64,000 nucleotides of DNA from a virus (IMGVR_UViG_2851976983_000001:36474-100473), one strand, 5' to 3'. Positions 1 to 10,655 are shown, numbered from the stretch's first letter. Translations and numbers: made by a program. Notes: generated from the sequence alone by a model not told the origin.

Positions 1-83
1 TTGATGCAGCTATCGCATCTGCGGTCGACAATATTGAATCAGCCGGTATCGGTGCAATTGTTGAATCCGTCGACTCGGCTCTT

Positions 84-410
84 GTGGGCTTAAGCGATAT
101 CGCGGAACTGACAGACCTGTCTCGCCAGGCAGTGGCGTTGCTCAAAGACGGTAAGCGCGGAAGCGGCGACTTCCCTTGCCCTGTACAACGCATAAAAGGC
201 CAGTCTCCTCTCTGGGATTGGGCTGATGTGGCTGAATGGCTCATGAATAACGGACGACTTAAAGAGGGCGATCAAATTGTCCAAAATGCCCGAACTTTGA
301 GTAAATGGAATCTGGCGCTTCGAAACAGCGTCTCGAAAGATTTCAACGAAATAGAGCAAATTGCGGAGAAACTGATTAAACGCCGCAAAGATATTGCGAA
401 ATGCGCATAA
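84..410 (+). CDS. hypothetical protein; frame is open to the window start, so possibly 5'-truncated
   Basis: ORF track 84..410 (alternative start); in-frame codons 3..83 contain no stop; followed by a hairpin terminator. Confidence 0.4.
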   Translation: MGLSDIAELTDLSRQAVALLKDGKRGSGDFPCPVQRIKGQSPLWDWADVAEWLMNNGRLKEGDQIVQNARTLSKWNLALRNSVSKDFNEIEQIAEKLIKRRKDIAKCA

Positions 411-411
411 T

Positions 412-445
412 GATGCCCGCCAATTGGCGGGCATCTGTTCTCTGT
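412..445 (+). terminator. rho-independent terminator-like hairpin
   Basis: GATGCCCGCC-AATT-GGCGGGCATC stem-loop followed by a T-rich tract. Confidence 0.5.
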
Positions 446-526
446 AAAGGTGTCTGGCATCGTCTGGTTCGTTAACGTTTACTAAACCAATGGTGACAAA
501 AATTAGTTATCTTTGAAAAATAAAGG

Positions 527-557
527 TTGCATGAAAAGAAGGGGTATGCGTTAATAG
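527..557 (+). promoter_or_regulatory. sigma70-type promoter candidate for the cold-shock gene
   Basis: -35 TTGCAT (527..532), 17-18 nt spacer, -10 TTAATA (551..556); resembles the E. coli cspA promoter; would give a ~175-nt leader. Confidence 0.45.
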
Positions 558-739
558 CATCGTTGGTTTGCAAGACAGACCTTATGTAAGCAGTTTTAGT
601 AAAGCAGTCTCAGTTCAGTGTTATCTTCTGATTTCCCTTCTTCGTGAGTCTCCTCCTTAAGTGCCTAAGTAAGTCCCAATCTATACAGATCAAATTCTCG
701 CCGCACTATGTGGCTCACAAAATTAAGAAGGTAATATCT

Positions 740-955
740 ATGTCTAATAAAATGACTGGTTTAGTAAAATGGTTTAACTCTGATAAAGGCTTTGGCTTTA
801 TTTCTCCTGCTGATGGCAGTAAAGATGTTTTTGTACATTTTTCGGCAATTCAGAGTAATAATTTCCGCACTTTGGAAGAAGGCCAGCAGGTCGAATTCTC
901 TATCGAGAATGGGGCTAAAGGCCCAGCAGCAGCAAATGTCGTTGCTCTAAGCTGA
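740..955 (+). CDS. csp: cold-shock protein, CspA family
   Basis: [23 protein letters not shown]...VFVHFSAIQ with RNP1/RNP2-like motifs; start refined to the internal ATG at 740 within ORF 644..955. Confidence 0.9.
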   Translation: MSNKMTGLVKWFNSDKGFGFISPADGSKDVFVHFSAIQSNNFRTLEEGQQVEFSIENGAKGPAAANVVALS

Positions 956-1230
956 TTCAACGCTGATGATCCTCATTTCTACAATAACGAAGACGGTGTA
1001 AGCCTGAGTGGATAGATTTGTAGGATTGTACAAGTTGAATAAATTAGCATGGTAAGGCCATGCTAATTAAATCGACACAACGGCCAGTTTATTCCATAAA
1101 AGTGAATTGCCCATTGTGGCGAAATGCGGGGTTGCCGCATGAATAGTCAAAGGCAGAAGCTAACTGCCGGCATGGCAAAACAAAGTGCGTAAGAGGAGTG
1201 ACTTCCTCAACAAGCGCCATAATTCTTTAT

Positions 1231-1260
1231 AAACCCGCCAACAGGCGGGTTTTCTTTATT
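1231..1260. terminator. bidirectional terminator between csp and the polymerase gene
   Basis: CCCGCC-AACA-GGCGGG hairpin flanked by an A-tract upstream and TTTTCTTTATT downstream. Confidence 0.6.
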
Positions 1261-4200
1261 ACTTATTTATTGTCTCCGCGATATCAGCCAGAATGGCCTC
1301 CAGTCGCTCTCCTTCTTCCGGTCGGAAGTACAGGATATTCGGGTTAAATCCGTAGAAGACGGTTGCATCAAGCTCTGGGAAGTACTCCTTACGACCAATC
1401 AGATCTGATGGTTTACTCTTATTGTTAAATAGTGCGGTTGAACGACTACCACACGTCAAAATGTAGGTTGGTCGTACAAGATTAATTTCTTCCCGCATAA
1501 AGTCTGTGAACTGGCCTATCTCGTCTTTGGTATAGTCTTTCTCTTTGTCCTTAACCTTCTTACAAACACCCGTGACATAAAGATCGCCCATGCGCAGATC
1601 TCCAACTGTCAGTAGTTTTGCCTTAAAGTCGTCGTATCCGTTCTCCATGAAGTAGCCGGTACGAGCGTCATTGCCGTTCGCATTGTCCAGAATGATCATG
1701 ATTTTGGGTTTAATACCAATAGTCGGGCGTATCAACTCCTCACCCAAGCCCATTTCAGCCGCCATACGTGTCATGAGTACGTTGATTTCGGCAGAACGCT
1801 TAGGATTCATTTCGAACGGACGTGATGCTTTAACAGCGTCAATGATGAGATTGCCCATCAGTTCAGCCTGGTCGCGCAGTCGTTCAGGATCAGTTGCTGG
1901 CAGACTGCCTGGCTCAATTGACGCAAAAGCCCCTACTTTATGAAGCGACTCGCGTACACGACTGTTACATGCACGCTTCTCGACCGCTTCATCGAATTGT
2001 GCCACTGACTCGAATTTGCCACCAACTTTCTCACGCGCACGCATAATTGCCTGACAACCATTTTCAGAACAGCCTTTCACAGCAGAGAATGGCGCATACA
2101 GTGCCTGACTGCCGTCTTCGAGTGTGCGGATCTCAATTCGGTTAGATGACACATTAACGTCTGGTGGCAATACGCGAATGCCATAGGTCAGCGCATCCTT
2201 CACCAGCCCCTGATGCTTATCCTCGCCCAGAATGGTGAGCGCAGCTGCGAAGAACTCAGCAGGGTAGTGCGTCTTTAGCCACATAGACTGATAACTGATT
2301 AAAGAATAAGCAACGGAGTGTGATTTATTGAACTGATAGGCTCCGTTTTTCTCAAATGCAGTCCATATCTCTTTTGCCTTCGTCTCAGACAGACCTGGAT
2401 GTGACGTTGTAACGCGCACAACTGGCATTGGCAGCTTCACTCCATGCTCCAACGCCTCTTCAACTGTCCTCAGAGTACCGTCCTCGCATTTAAAATGTTC
2501 TGCGCGATGAATCCGTTGTATTGCGCCATTTTCAAGCTCTACGTCGATCCACCCAGCTTGAGCCTGAATGACAAATTTCTCACCCATGCTCCTCATCTTT
2601 TCCATGTTCTTCTTACCGATTGCTGAACGCACACCATCCGCCTCGGCCATTGTGAAACCAGCAAGAAGCCTTGTTGCGTTCATCGTTTGTTCCTGATAGA
2701 GAATCACTCCATTTGTTTCAGAGGTCAGTTCATCCAAGACAGGATGTAGTGATGTAGGCGTCATAAATCCTTTCGCAACGGAAACATAGTCATCCAACAT
2801 GCCGGATTGAATCGGTCCCGGTCGGAAGAGGGCGGTAGTTGCGACAACGGTTTTGAAACTCATTGGCTCGATGCCACCGCCCAGATCTTTAAGCAGCTTA
2901 CGCATGGGGCCGGACTCCAGCTGGAATACGCCCTGCGTGTACCCTGCAGCGAACCCATCCAGAACCTTGCGATCGTCCAGTGGGATAGCGTCGAGATTGA
3001 TGTCTTCACCGGTACTCTCTTTGATGTAGCGTTTCGCGCTATCCAGAAGATCGAGTGTTGCCAGACCGAGAACGTCCAACTTAATCAGCCCCATCGCCTC
3101 GCAGTAACGTTTATCGAACGCAATACATCGAGCATTGCCACGCAGCTCGACGGGCGTGCGCTCTACTAATGGAACGCCAGCGACGATCATCCCCGCAGCG
3201 TGACGACCAAAACCACGCATCAGGCTTTGCAGCTTACACGCCGCTTTGAACGCTTCCGGGTTTTTCGTGGCGTATTTGTCCAGGCTGGCCAGTTGCTCGC
3301 GCAGCTCTTCCAGAGACAGGCTGTCGTCCTCCATATTCTTGAACTCTTTGGATACCGCCATATCCGCAGCATCGACACCGTAAATACGTGCAGTGTCACG
3401 CAGCGCAGATGCCGCGCCCAGATAGGTGAAGTTCGGAATGCCTGCAACGTAATCTTCGCCGTAGCGTTCATTCAGATACTCGATCACCTCATGGCGACGT
3501 GCCTGGCTGAAGTCCAAGTCCGCATCCGGCAAGTCGAGACGCTCAGGGTTGATGAAACGCTCAAACAGAAGACCGTGACGGATTGGGTCGACGTTGGTTA
3601 TGCCTATGCACCACGCCACCAGAGAACCGGCAGAGGAACCACGACCAGGCCCGACAGGAATGCCAGTTTCACGGCTGTGATTCATCAGATCGCGTACCAT
3701 CAGGAAGTAACCACAGAATCCCAGGCGAGTCAGCGTGTCCATTTCGTACTTTAGCCGCTCAACATAAACCCTGTTCTCAGAAGCAGGTGGTGTGTATCCA
3801 AACTCTTTTGTGGTAAGACGTTTACGCAGCCCTGCAACAGCCAGTTTCATCAGCGTTGCAGGTTCGTCGTCTGCCATCTTGGGCAGTGCTGGTGGCAATT
3901 CATGCCAGCGCCATGTGCAGGCATCGATAATGGAGTCCTGCGTTGTTGAGGCCATTGCAGCTGTTACCGGCACATCCATGCGAACGGAGAAGGCTTTAAG
4001 CGCCTCAAGGAGATGGCGACGACCATTGATGGCGTTATCTCGCTGGTGGGGGATACGCAGACGATGCGGCTGGTCGATTTTTATGTTGTTCGTAACCATG
4101 TGCGCAATGTCTTTAATGTCTGCATCGTCGATCGATTCGTAATAAGCGGGATAGAACGCCACTGGCTCTATTTTCAATGCGCTGGCGACTTTCATCGCCC

Positions 4201-4777
4201 GGACGTTAATCTGGTCGTAGAATGGGGTAGGGTGCGGATAAACCACACTATAGAAGTTGTCTTTTCCACCCGCTGTAATCAGTGTGCTTATGATTTTTGC
4301 AAAATCGTTGCGTTGGAACACGCTACCGATGTCGGAAGTAAGCAGGATGATGTTACCTTTGGCATATGTAGAAACCAACTGTTCGAGCGAGAGACGCGGT
4401 ACAAAGTAGAACTGTTCTCGTGTGTTGGCCGCCGTCATTAGTTCGCAGATGTCGCGATATCCTTTCTCATTTTTAATTAGAGCGGTAAACGAGTAGTTAC
4501 GTCCTCGCTCCAATGATTCCATACATCCCTTAGACTCTTTAGCAAGTTTAGCCCGGTGCTCGTATGTGGGATCATCAACGATGTTTAGTTTCACACCACA
4601 AATAACCGCCATGTCGTCACCAGCGGCACGTTGTAGTGGAATAACGCTCGCAATATTCATGCTATCTGCTGAAATTACAGCGGTGTAGCCAGCTTCTCTG
4701 GCAATCTTCACCGCGTTTTCTGCTTTTAAAGCCGACTCCCCAAGTGAGAAGTCAGTTCGAACCATCAGTGCCTTCAT
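1259..4777 (-). CDS. dnaE: DNA polymerase III alpha subunit (DnaE-type replicative polymerase)
   Basis: 1172 aa; N-terminal PHP domain; core GFCGYFLMVRDLMNHSRETGIPVGPGRGSSAGSLVAWCIGITNVDP typical of Pol III alpha. Confidence 0.9.
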   Translation of the reverse strand: MKALMVRTDFSLGESALKAENAVKIAREAGYTAVISADSMNIASVIPLQRAAGDDMAVICGVKLNIVDDPTYEHRAKLAKESKGCMESLERGRNYSFTALIKNEKGYRDICELMTAANTREQFYFVPRLSLEQLVSTYAKGNIILLTSDIGSVFQRNDFAKIISTLITAGGKDNFYSVVYPHPTPFYDQINVRAMKVASALKIEPVAFYPAYYESIDDADIKDIAHMVTNNIKIDQPHRLRIPHQRDNAINGRRHLLEALKAFSVRMDVPVTAAMASTTQDSIIDACTWRWHELPPALPKMADDEPATLMKLAVAGLRKRLTTKEFGYTPPASENRVYVERLKYEMDTLTRLGFCGYFLMVRDLMNHSRETGIPVGPGRGSSAGSLVAWCIGITNVDPIRHGLLFERFINPERLDLPDADLDFSQARRHEVIEYLNERYGEDYVAGIPNFTYLGAASALRDTARIYGVDAADMAVSKEFKNMEDDSLSLEELREQLASLDKYATKNPEAFKAACKLQSLMRGFGRHAAGMIVAGVPLVERTPVELRGNARCIAFDKRYCEAMGLIKLDVLGLATLDLLDSAKRYIKESTGEDINLDAIPLDDRKVLDGFAAGYTQGVFQLESGPMRKLLKDLGGGIEPMSFKTVVATTALFRPGPIQSGMLDDYVSVAKGFMTPTSLHPVLDELTSETNGVILYQEQTMNATRLLAGFTMAEADGVRSAIGKKNMEKMRSMGEKFVIQAQAGWIDVELENGAIQRIHRAEHFKCEDGTLRTVEEALEHGVKLPMPVVRVTTSHPGLSETKAKEIWTAFEKNGAYQFNKSHSVAYSLISYQSMWLKTHYPAEFFAAALTILGEDKHQGLVKDALTYGIRVLPPDVNVSSNRIEIRTLEDGSQALYAPFSAVKGCSENGCQAIMRAREKVGGKFESVAQFDEAVEKRACNSRVRESLHKVGAFASIEPGSLPATDPERLRDQAELMGNLIIDAVKASRPFEMNPKRSAEINVLMTRMAAEMGLGEELIRPTIGIKPKIMIILDNANGNDARTGYFMENGYDDFKAKLLTVGDLRMGDLYVTGVCKKVKDKEKDYTKDEIGQFTDFMREEINLVRPTYILTCGSRSTALFNNKSKPSDLIGRKEYFPELDATVFYGFNPNILYFRPEEGERLEAILADIAETINK

Positions 4778-4957
4778 GTGTTTTTACCTTTCTGGTTTTT
4801 TTGATTTTGTCATTTGGGAAGCCTACGAACTTCCCATGCATCGAAATCGCAACTTCTTTTGCTGATTGGTGACAATCGGGCTTGTCTGGACACACCAGAC
4901 AAGCCTTACCAGTTTCAGAAGCAGCGATAAGAGAGCCGAAACATCCTTTACGCACGA

Positions 4958-6193
4958 TCAACCAAATATTTTTTGAACAACTTCACGAGCCGCTTGTGCA
5001 GAAGCTGAAGGGAGTTTGTTAATGAAAGAACGCTCAATACCTGTCACAAAGTCGCCTCGCATCATTCCAATCTTGGCCGACAACAAAAGTTCACGAGGGC
5101 CAATTGGCTGACTGATAAGGTGTTCTTCGTATCCATCGCGAACGATACCGGCAAACTTAACCATCTTTTCTGCGTATTCATCCACGATACCGGCATTTAT
5201 CAACATGTTGATCTCTGCCTCTTTGCTCATGTATTTCACATTCGAAACGATGCCAAAACGCGAAAAGTTCGCGGCGTTCTGGATGTTTGTACCCTGGTAC
5301 AAGCCGGTTTCATCACCAGATCCGTTCGTGTTGCCAGTGCCAATGAAAGCAAACCGTTCATGCGGAGTAATGCGACGCCATTCTGGAGTCGCCTCTTTGA
5401 TGACTAACGCTTCACCTTCCAGCACTGGCTGATACACGCCAAGAATTTGTGGAAACGCAAAGTCGTATTCATCCGCGAGGTAAACCCAGCCATGCTTCAT
5501 TGCGAGCGCAAGCAAGCCAGGCTCGAAATACGTAGAGCCATCACGCGCCAGAATTTGCCCCGTAACATGTGCCTCTTCCATTGATGCTGTATGTTGGGCA
5601 CGGATCAACGGACGATTGAGCAAAGCACATAGTTGTGTAGGCAATGACGATTTGCCTGTTCCTGCATGACCCCACAAATAGCCAGGTATGCCAAGTTCAA
5701 GCATCATGAAAATGTCTTTGATCAGTTCGAAGTCGCCATATACGTATCCCTTCTTCACTTCTGGAACGAACTCTGGAAACGGCGTATTGACGTTGACGCT
5801 AACCATGAGCGGCGTCCCACGTTTTGTTCCGAGTTCTTTCACCGTTACATTTAGCAGTTCGTGAGCTGCGACCAGATCTGTCTTGTACTCAACTGTGCCT
5901 GTGTAGCCTGGGCTACTGGTCACGCCAGATGATTTGGCCATTTCGCTTTTTTGCTCGGCACGTTTAGCTTGAATTGCATCAAGTGCCTTTTTCGATAGCG
6001 TTGGCTCATCTGGAAACTGTGTTGTGTACATTTTCAGTACGGTGTCAGGATCGGCATCTTTTACTGACTCAGGAATGCCCTCGCAATTACCATTGGCTAC
6101 ATGGGACTTAAAATAGTGAAATGATTTTCCGCACCACTTGCAAACAAGGTAATCAGAAGGATTTTTTTCATTTTGCAGTGCAGTAGTAGTCAT
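4958..6193 (-). CDS. AAA+ ATPase, CobS/MoxR-like
   Basis: Walker A GHAGTGKSS, Walker B-like VYLADEYD; N-terminal Cys cluster CKWCGK; immediately followed by a vWA partner. Confidence 0.6.
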   Translation of the reverse strand: MTTTALQNEKNPSDYLVCKWCGKSFHYFKSHVANGNCEGIPESVKDADPDTVLKMYTTQFPDEPTLSKKALDAIQAKRAEQKSEMAKSSGVTSSPGYTGTVEYKTDLVAAHELLNVTVKELGTKRGTPLMVSVNVNTPFPEFVPEVKKGYVYGDFELIKDIFMMLELGIPGYLWGHAGTGKSSLPTQLCALLNRPLIRAQHTASMEEAHVTGQILARDGSTYFEPGLLALAMKHGWVYLADEYDFAFPQILGVYQPVLEGEALVIKEATPEWRRITPHERFAFIGTGNTNGSGDETGLYQGTNIQNAANFSRFGIVSNVKYMSKEAEINMLINAGIVDEYAEKMVKFAGIVRDGYEEHLISQPIGPRELLLSAKIGMMRGDFVTGIERSFINKLPSASAQAAREVVQKIFG

Positions 6194-6288
6194 GCGTTTT
6201 TCCTTTGTTTTCTAATGAGCGTTCAACTTCTTATATAAATATATCATTATCTATCGTAAGTGGTTACTTATCGTTAAGGCTGTTTTGT

Positions 6289-8397
6289 TCACTTTAAAAT
6301 GATACGAGATAGTTCAGTAACTACAGATGAACCAAGACTATCAACGCTCGTTACCAGGGCATGTTTTGAGTAAAATCTCTCCGGTGCGTCAGTCATGATG
6401 CCAATTGCCATCAAATCAATGTCAGTCTGCGTTTCAATTTGCTTCGCAACCGAACGCAAATGAGCGTCAAAACCTCTCCCAACAGCCCACGGCGCGCCAT
6501 CACTCAGAACAAGCATGATCTTCCTGTCCTCCATGCGACCGGAAAATAACGATGCAAGGCTGGCTATGCTTTCACCATCCACGTTATTAAGAAGTGGGAA
6601 TGTGTAGCCTACGCACCCCATACGTGAGCGAACTTCGCGAGAATTTACCTTTTCATTCCAATTTTTGATGATAGGTAGCATTAAAGATTCAAAGCGAGAG
6701 AACTCATACTTGACAGCCTTAAGTTCTCCTGCCGCCATATGACTACCAAATGTAGTGAAGCCGGTGATAATGTTGGGAACATTTATTCGATCAAGGGCAT
6801 CGGCGATGGTATATGCACTTGCAAGAGCCAATTGTATCGTTATACCACTCATTGAACCTGATAAATCAATCACTTGTTGAACACAGGCGTTAACGGCTTT
6901 AGATTCTTCTTTTTTACGAAACACGCGATCATCATTCATTGCTAATCTGTAGATACTAGAACCATGAATGCGCCCCCGACGCTGGCCCGGTATAAACTGA
7001 ACTCTGTTTCTGCTTGCTATTGCTCGCTCCAGGTCTTTTGCCAGCGTCGACGAAACACCTGACGAAAGATGCTTTTCAATATATTTGTCGAAGAGCTGGT
7101 TGCCTTCAGGAACGATGCGATAGCGGCTGATTGGATATCCTCCTAAATCAATATCGGAGAATGTTTTAATAAGCCGTTTGATATGGGCTTCTGCCTGATC
7201 AATCGAGCCGATGAAGTCGTATGAGCGATTGTATGGCCTGTATTCGCTTTTCGAGCTTTCTGTTAACTCGCTTTTAATCGTTTCGGATAGAGCATCTTCT
7301 GTCATGCCTCCGACTTCATCTTCTATGCTATCCAGCTCCTCTAAAGCCTCTTCCAGACTCATTTTTGACGGAGTTGGGATATCTGAAGAGCCGTCTTCTG
7401 TCGTTTTTCTTTTTTCGTGGTCAGCGGTTAATGATTCTGACGCCGCGTTATCAGAAGCATCAGAATCTGATACCTCTTTATCATTTTCTGTATCATCGAA
7501 TATTGTTTCTGATGATTCAGAATTATCTGAATCATCACTGTCATTATTATCATGTTTGTACTTACTGTGTGACTCTGGTTTGATAGATTTGTGATTATCT
7601 AGCGATGAGGGTGTCTCATGATCTTCGTCGTCTTCATTGTTTTCTCCAGAGGCATCCGTCTGGTCAGCGTCTGAAGGATCGGAAGTTTTTCCCGGAGCTG
7701 ACTCCTTACCTTTGCTTTCACTTTCAGTGTCTTTGAGGATCTTAGCTATGGTCGCAGCCACCTTTACACAATCCTCGGTGCAAGACATGTTACGCACGGC
7801 CACATCGATACCATGTTCTTTTAATAATGAAATTGGTTTCTCAATGACAGGCCAGTATTCATCCATGAAATCTACGAACGGTGCTTGGCCATCCCAGGCT
7901 CTTACAACCGGACAGAGAAAGAAGTTTAGAAAAAGCGCGCGCTGATCTTTGCCACAATAAGCAATAGCCTCTGAAGCCTTTGGTTTAAAGACTTTTTCGA
8001 TTATAAGGCGTTGAGTTGCCATCAGATTACGTCTTGTTCCGTTAAAGACCTGCCCCATTTTTCGCTCGATGAACACGTCTTCTAAGGCATTCCATAGCGA
8101 CCAGGAAGGAACGCGTCCTTTTTCTCTCATTTTGTTGGACACACGAATATCGGTAAACAAAATGTGAGCAACCTCATGATCGAGAAATCCGCGCACAGCA
8201 TTCATCAATGCCGGTGTTGCGTTATCCGGGATTGATGGGATGTTTACGAGAATTGGCTCTCCATCATCGTTATAGCGTACATAAGCGTCGTCTCCTCGTT
8301 CTGCAACAGGGATGTTTTTACCTGAAAGGAGAGCGACTACTCGTTTTACACTGTCACGGAAGTCCTGAACCTCTTTGATGGAACGTTTTTTAGACAT
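6289..8397 (-). CDS. CobT-like von Willebrand factor A domain protein with acidic low-complexity linker
   Basis: C-terminal vWA MIDAS motif VIDLSGSMSG (DxSxS); central D/E/S-rich region; paired with the upstream AAA+ ATPase. Confidence 0.6.
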   Translation of the reverse strand: MSKKRSIKEVQDFRDSVKRVVALLSGKNIPVAERGDDAYVRYNDDGEPILVNIPSIPDNATPALMNAVRGFLDHEVAHILFTDIRVSNKMREKGRVPSWSLWNALEDVFIERKMGQVFNGTRRNLMATQRLIIEKVFKPKASEAIAYCGKDQRALFLNFFLCPVVRAWDGQAPFVDFMDEYWPVIEKPISLLKEHGIDVAVRNMSCTEDCVKVAATIAKILKDTESESKGKESAPGKTSDPSDADQTDASGENNEDDEDHETPSSLDNHKSIKPESHSKYKHDNNDSDDSDNSESSETIFDDTENDKEVSDSDASDNAASESLTADHEKRKTTEDGSSDIPTPSKMSLEEALEELDSIEDEVGGMTEDALSETIKSELTESSKSEYRPYNRSYDFIGSIDQAEAHIKRLIKTFSDIDLGGYPISRYRIVPEGNQLFDKYIEKHLSSGVSSTLAKDLERAIASRNRVQFIPGQRRGRIHGSSIYRLAMNDDRVFRKKEESKAVNACVQQVIDLSGSMSGITIQLALASAYTIADALDRINVPNIITGFTTFGSHMAAGELKAVKYEFSRFESLMLPIIKNWNEKVNSREVRSRMGCVGYTFPLLNNVDGESIASLASLFSGRMEDRKIMLVLSDGAPWAVGRGFDAHLRSVAKQIETQTDIDLMAIGIMTDAPERFYSKHALVTSVDSLGSSVVTELSRIILK

Positions 8398-8495
8398 GGC
8401 TAATCCTTTGTTATGAAAACAAATTATTTACTAGTGTGTTTAATGTAGCACTGCGCGAACAGGGAACTAAGCCATTCGCGCAGGGAGAAGAGGGG

Positions 8496-8708
8496 TTAAC
8501 AGATTCTGACGGCTAAAGACCCGGAGCCGGTATTGAGAAGCGTGAAGCGTTTGTTGTTAAGTTCGAATATAAAGCCAGTTGTGTCATTCACACCAACCTG
8601 AATCTGCTCATTCGGTAGATCGGTGAGGATGTCAGCTACACACTCATCAGCTAATTTCTGTACGTGTCCGATCTCAAGAGCGATTAGGCTGGAAATAGTG
8701 GTGTTCAT
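8496..8708 (-). CDS. hypothetical small protein
   Basis: 70-aa ORF in an otherwise non-coding, AT-rich divergent region. Confidence 0.3.
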   Translation of the reverse strand: MNTTISSLIALEIGHVQKLADECVADILTDLPNEQIQVGVNDTTGFIFELNNKRFTLLNTGSGSLAVRIC

Positions 8709-8884
8709 TCAATCAATCCATTCTAACTTATACTATGGTAAGGAATACTACTAAAATTTGTATCAATACTGAATACATTCATATCATATGCAAGTTAATT
8801 TTCTTACCTATTTTGGGCTAATTTTTCTCCGTGCAATGGCCTTTAACCGGTCTTTTAAGTGCCTATCGAAAATAATGATAATAG

Positions 8885-8912
8885 CTTTACAACCCTAACC
8901 TTTGATGTAATA
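8885..8912 (+). promoter_or_regulatory. sigma70-like promoter candidate for the HTH gene
   Basis: TTTACA (8885..8890), 16-nt spacer, TAATAT (8907..8912), ~50 nt upstream of the ATG at 8960. Confidence 0.35.
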
Positions 8913-8959
8913 TCGGTAAGCACTTACCAGAGAGAATTGAACGCGCAAAGGTTGTAACC

Positions 8960-9346
8960 ATGTCTGATAACAAGATTGAATTTATAGAAAGTCGCTACGC
9001 TGCTTTTATCGCAGGGTTGATTGAATCCTCACCTATGAGCCAGGCCCAGATAGCCAAAACAATTGGGTATAAAAACGCCAACAACCTTTCTTTAATTAAA
9101 AGTGGCAAAATTCCTTTGCCTATCGATAAGGTTCGTCCGCTGGCGCTGGCGCTGGGTATTGAGCCTAGTCGTCTTATGATGATGGTGCTGGAAGAACGCC
9201 AACCTGAACTCGCAGCATTTTTGTACAAAGAAGGCACCGCTCCTCTTAACGAGGACGAAAAACAGGTTCTTGCTGCATATAACGAGCGATTCGGTAAAGA
9301 GAAAGGCGCATCACAAAAGGTTGTTGAGGCCATAAAGTCTCTATGA
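8960..9346 (+). CDS. helix-turn-helix DNA-binding protein (XRE/Cro-CI-like regulator)
   Basis: SQAQIAKTIGYKNANNLSLIKSGK HTH-like segment; convergent with and overlapping the integrase 3' end. Confidence 0.5.
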   Translation: MSDNKIEFIESRYAAFIAGLIESSPMSQAQIAKTIGYKNANNLSLIKSGKIPLPIDKVRPLALALGIEPSRLMMMVLEERQPELAAFLYKEGTAPLNEDEKQVLAAYNERFGKEKGASQKVVEAIKSL

Positions 9347-10444
9347 AAAATTTACACGAATAAGCTCTGTTGATAGACGATCTCCCTTGAATTTGTGGTC
9401 AATTTCGTCTAAATCCGGTTGATCTACGATTGATGCGATGTACGTCGAGAAACTTTCTAAGGCGTCTCGCATCTCGTCCATATAATCGTGCCGGTCGTAG
9501 ACCCGATCTATCCCCTCAAGACTGTGGTTCATGATTTTGCGTGATACCTCCTGGCTTATGCCTAATGCTGGGAAGTAACTACGCGCAGTACGGCGCAAAT
9601 CTCGGGGTGTAAATGGCTCAAGCTCCATCAGTTCTGGTCGTTCCAGAATACGACGTAATGCCTGGGCTATTGCCACTTTAGACATAGGAAGGTCTTTCCC
9701 GATTTTTTTATTCGAAGGCACGAGCCACTGGCTGTCTTTACCGTATTCGAACAACTCTTCAATGCATGTGCGCATTAATGTGCTTAAAGGCAGCGAATGC
9801 TCACGTGCTGACTTGTTTCTCTTGCCTTGATTCCAAACTCCACGCTTAAGATTGAACTCACTTTTTTTAGCCCGCAGTACTTCGTCAGGTCGTCTTGCTG
9901 ATACAAGACACAGTCTGGCCGCCCATTTTGTACCAGCGCACACATTGAAGTAGTCCCATATATTCCAGAACACCCATACCTCTGCGTCGGTCAGCTTCCG
10001 CTCGCGAGGTGTGGGCTTTGCGCCACCGGCAACTTTGTTTAGTGACATATCGTTTAGCGGTGACACGTCTATCATCCCCTGGAAGGCGCACCAGCTAAGG
10101 AACTGCTTCATCAGAGAGAAAACGCGGCGGCCCATAACAATTTTGCCATCCAATATTAGAGGGTTGACCAGTTGGTTCACCATGAACCTATTAATGTCAC
10201 TTACTTTTACATCAGCAATGTGCGGCAAAACATGTATCAAAATACAATGAACAGCGATCTCTGGCCGACGTCTGGTTATCAGCAGAGATAAGCGAGTGAA
10301 TAACATGAATGCGTCCGAGAATCTCATATCATTGCTAACCTGCGAGATCATAACGGCCTGCATTTGAGATGCTCTTTCGAGATACTCAATCGCCTCTTTT
10401 GAGGTGTTCTCCGCAGCGCGTGCTCTGTCAAAGCTATTTTTCAT
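9341..10444 (-). CDS. int: tyrosine recombinase / phage integrase
   Basis: C-terminal catalytic signature FTPRDLRRTARSY...IMNHSLEG...VYDRHDY (R...HxxR...Y). Confidence 0.85.
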   Translation of the reverse strand: MKNSFDRARAAENTSKEAIEYLERASQMQAVMISQVSNDMRFSDAFMLFTRLSLLITRRRPEIAVHCILIHVLPHIADVKVSDINRFMVNQLVNPLILDGKIVMGRRVFSLMKQFLSWCAFQGMIDVSPLNDMSLNKVAGGAKPTPRERKLTDAEVWVFWNIWDYFNVCAGTKWAARLCLVSARRPDEVLRAKKSEFNLKRGVWNQGKRNKSAREHSLPLSTLMRTCIEELFEYGKDSQWLVPSNKKIGKDLPMSKVAIAQALRRILERPELMELEPFTPRDLRRTARSYFPALGISQEVSRKIMNHSLEGIDRVYDRHDYMDEMRDALESFSTYIASIVDQPDLDEIDHKFKGDRLSTELIRVNFS

Positions 10445-10542
10445 ATGACAATCACCGAGTTACGCCGATTCACTGTATAAGTAAACAGTATATTAGGCAT
10501 AGATTCTTATAGGATCAAGAGTAAAAGTAACTCATTTTCAGC

Positions 10543-10575
10543 AATGATTCCATACATAGTAGGTATGGAATCATT
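10543..10575. promoter_or_regulatory. 13-bp inverted-repeat operator-like site upstream of the integrase
   Basis: AATGATTCCATAC-N7-GTATGGAATCATT perfect inverted repeat ~100 bp upstream of the int start; half-site copies at 15560..15577 and 16582..16598. Confidence 0.45.
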
Positions 10576-10655
10576 TAGATGTTGTTTTTTGAATTTTAAG
10601 GGAAACAGGAGTGAGTTTGGTGGGAATAAAAAACGGCTCCTGTGAGCCGTTAAAA

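Noticed and set aside
2444-4441. Multiple plus-strand ORFs (60-184 aa) inside the DnaE gene
   Set aside because: They are antisense to a well-supported 1172-aa polymerase frame and show no motifs.
4752-4961. 69-aa Cys-containing ORF between the CobS-like and DnaE genes
   Set aside because: It overlaps the DnaE start by 26 nt and has no supporting motif; it may be real (its ATG overlaps the CobS-like stop) but I cannot support it.
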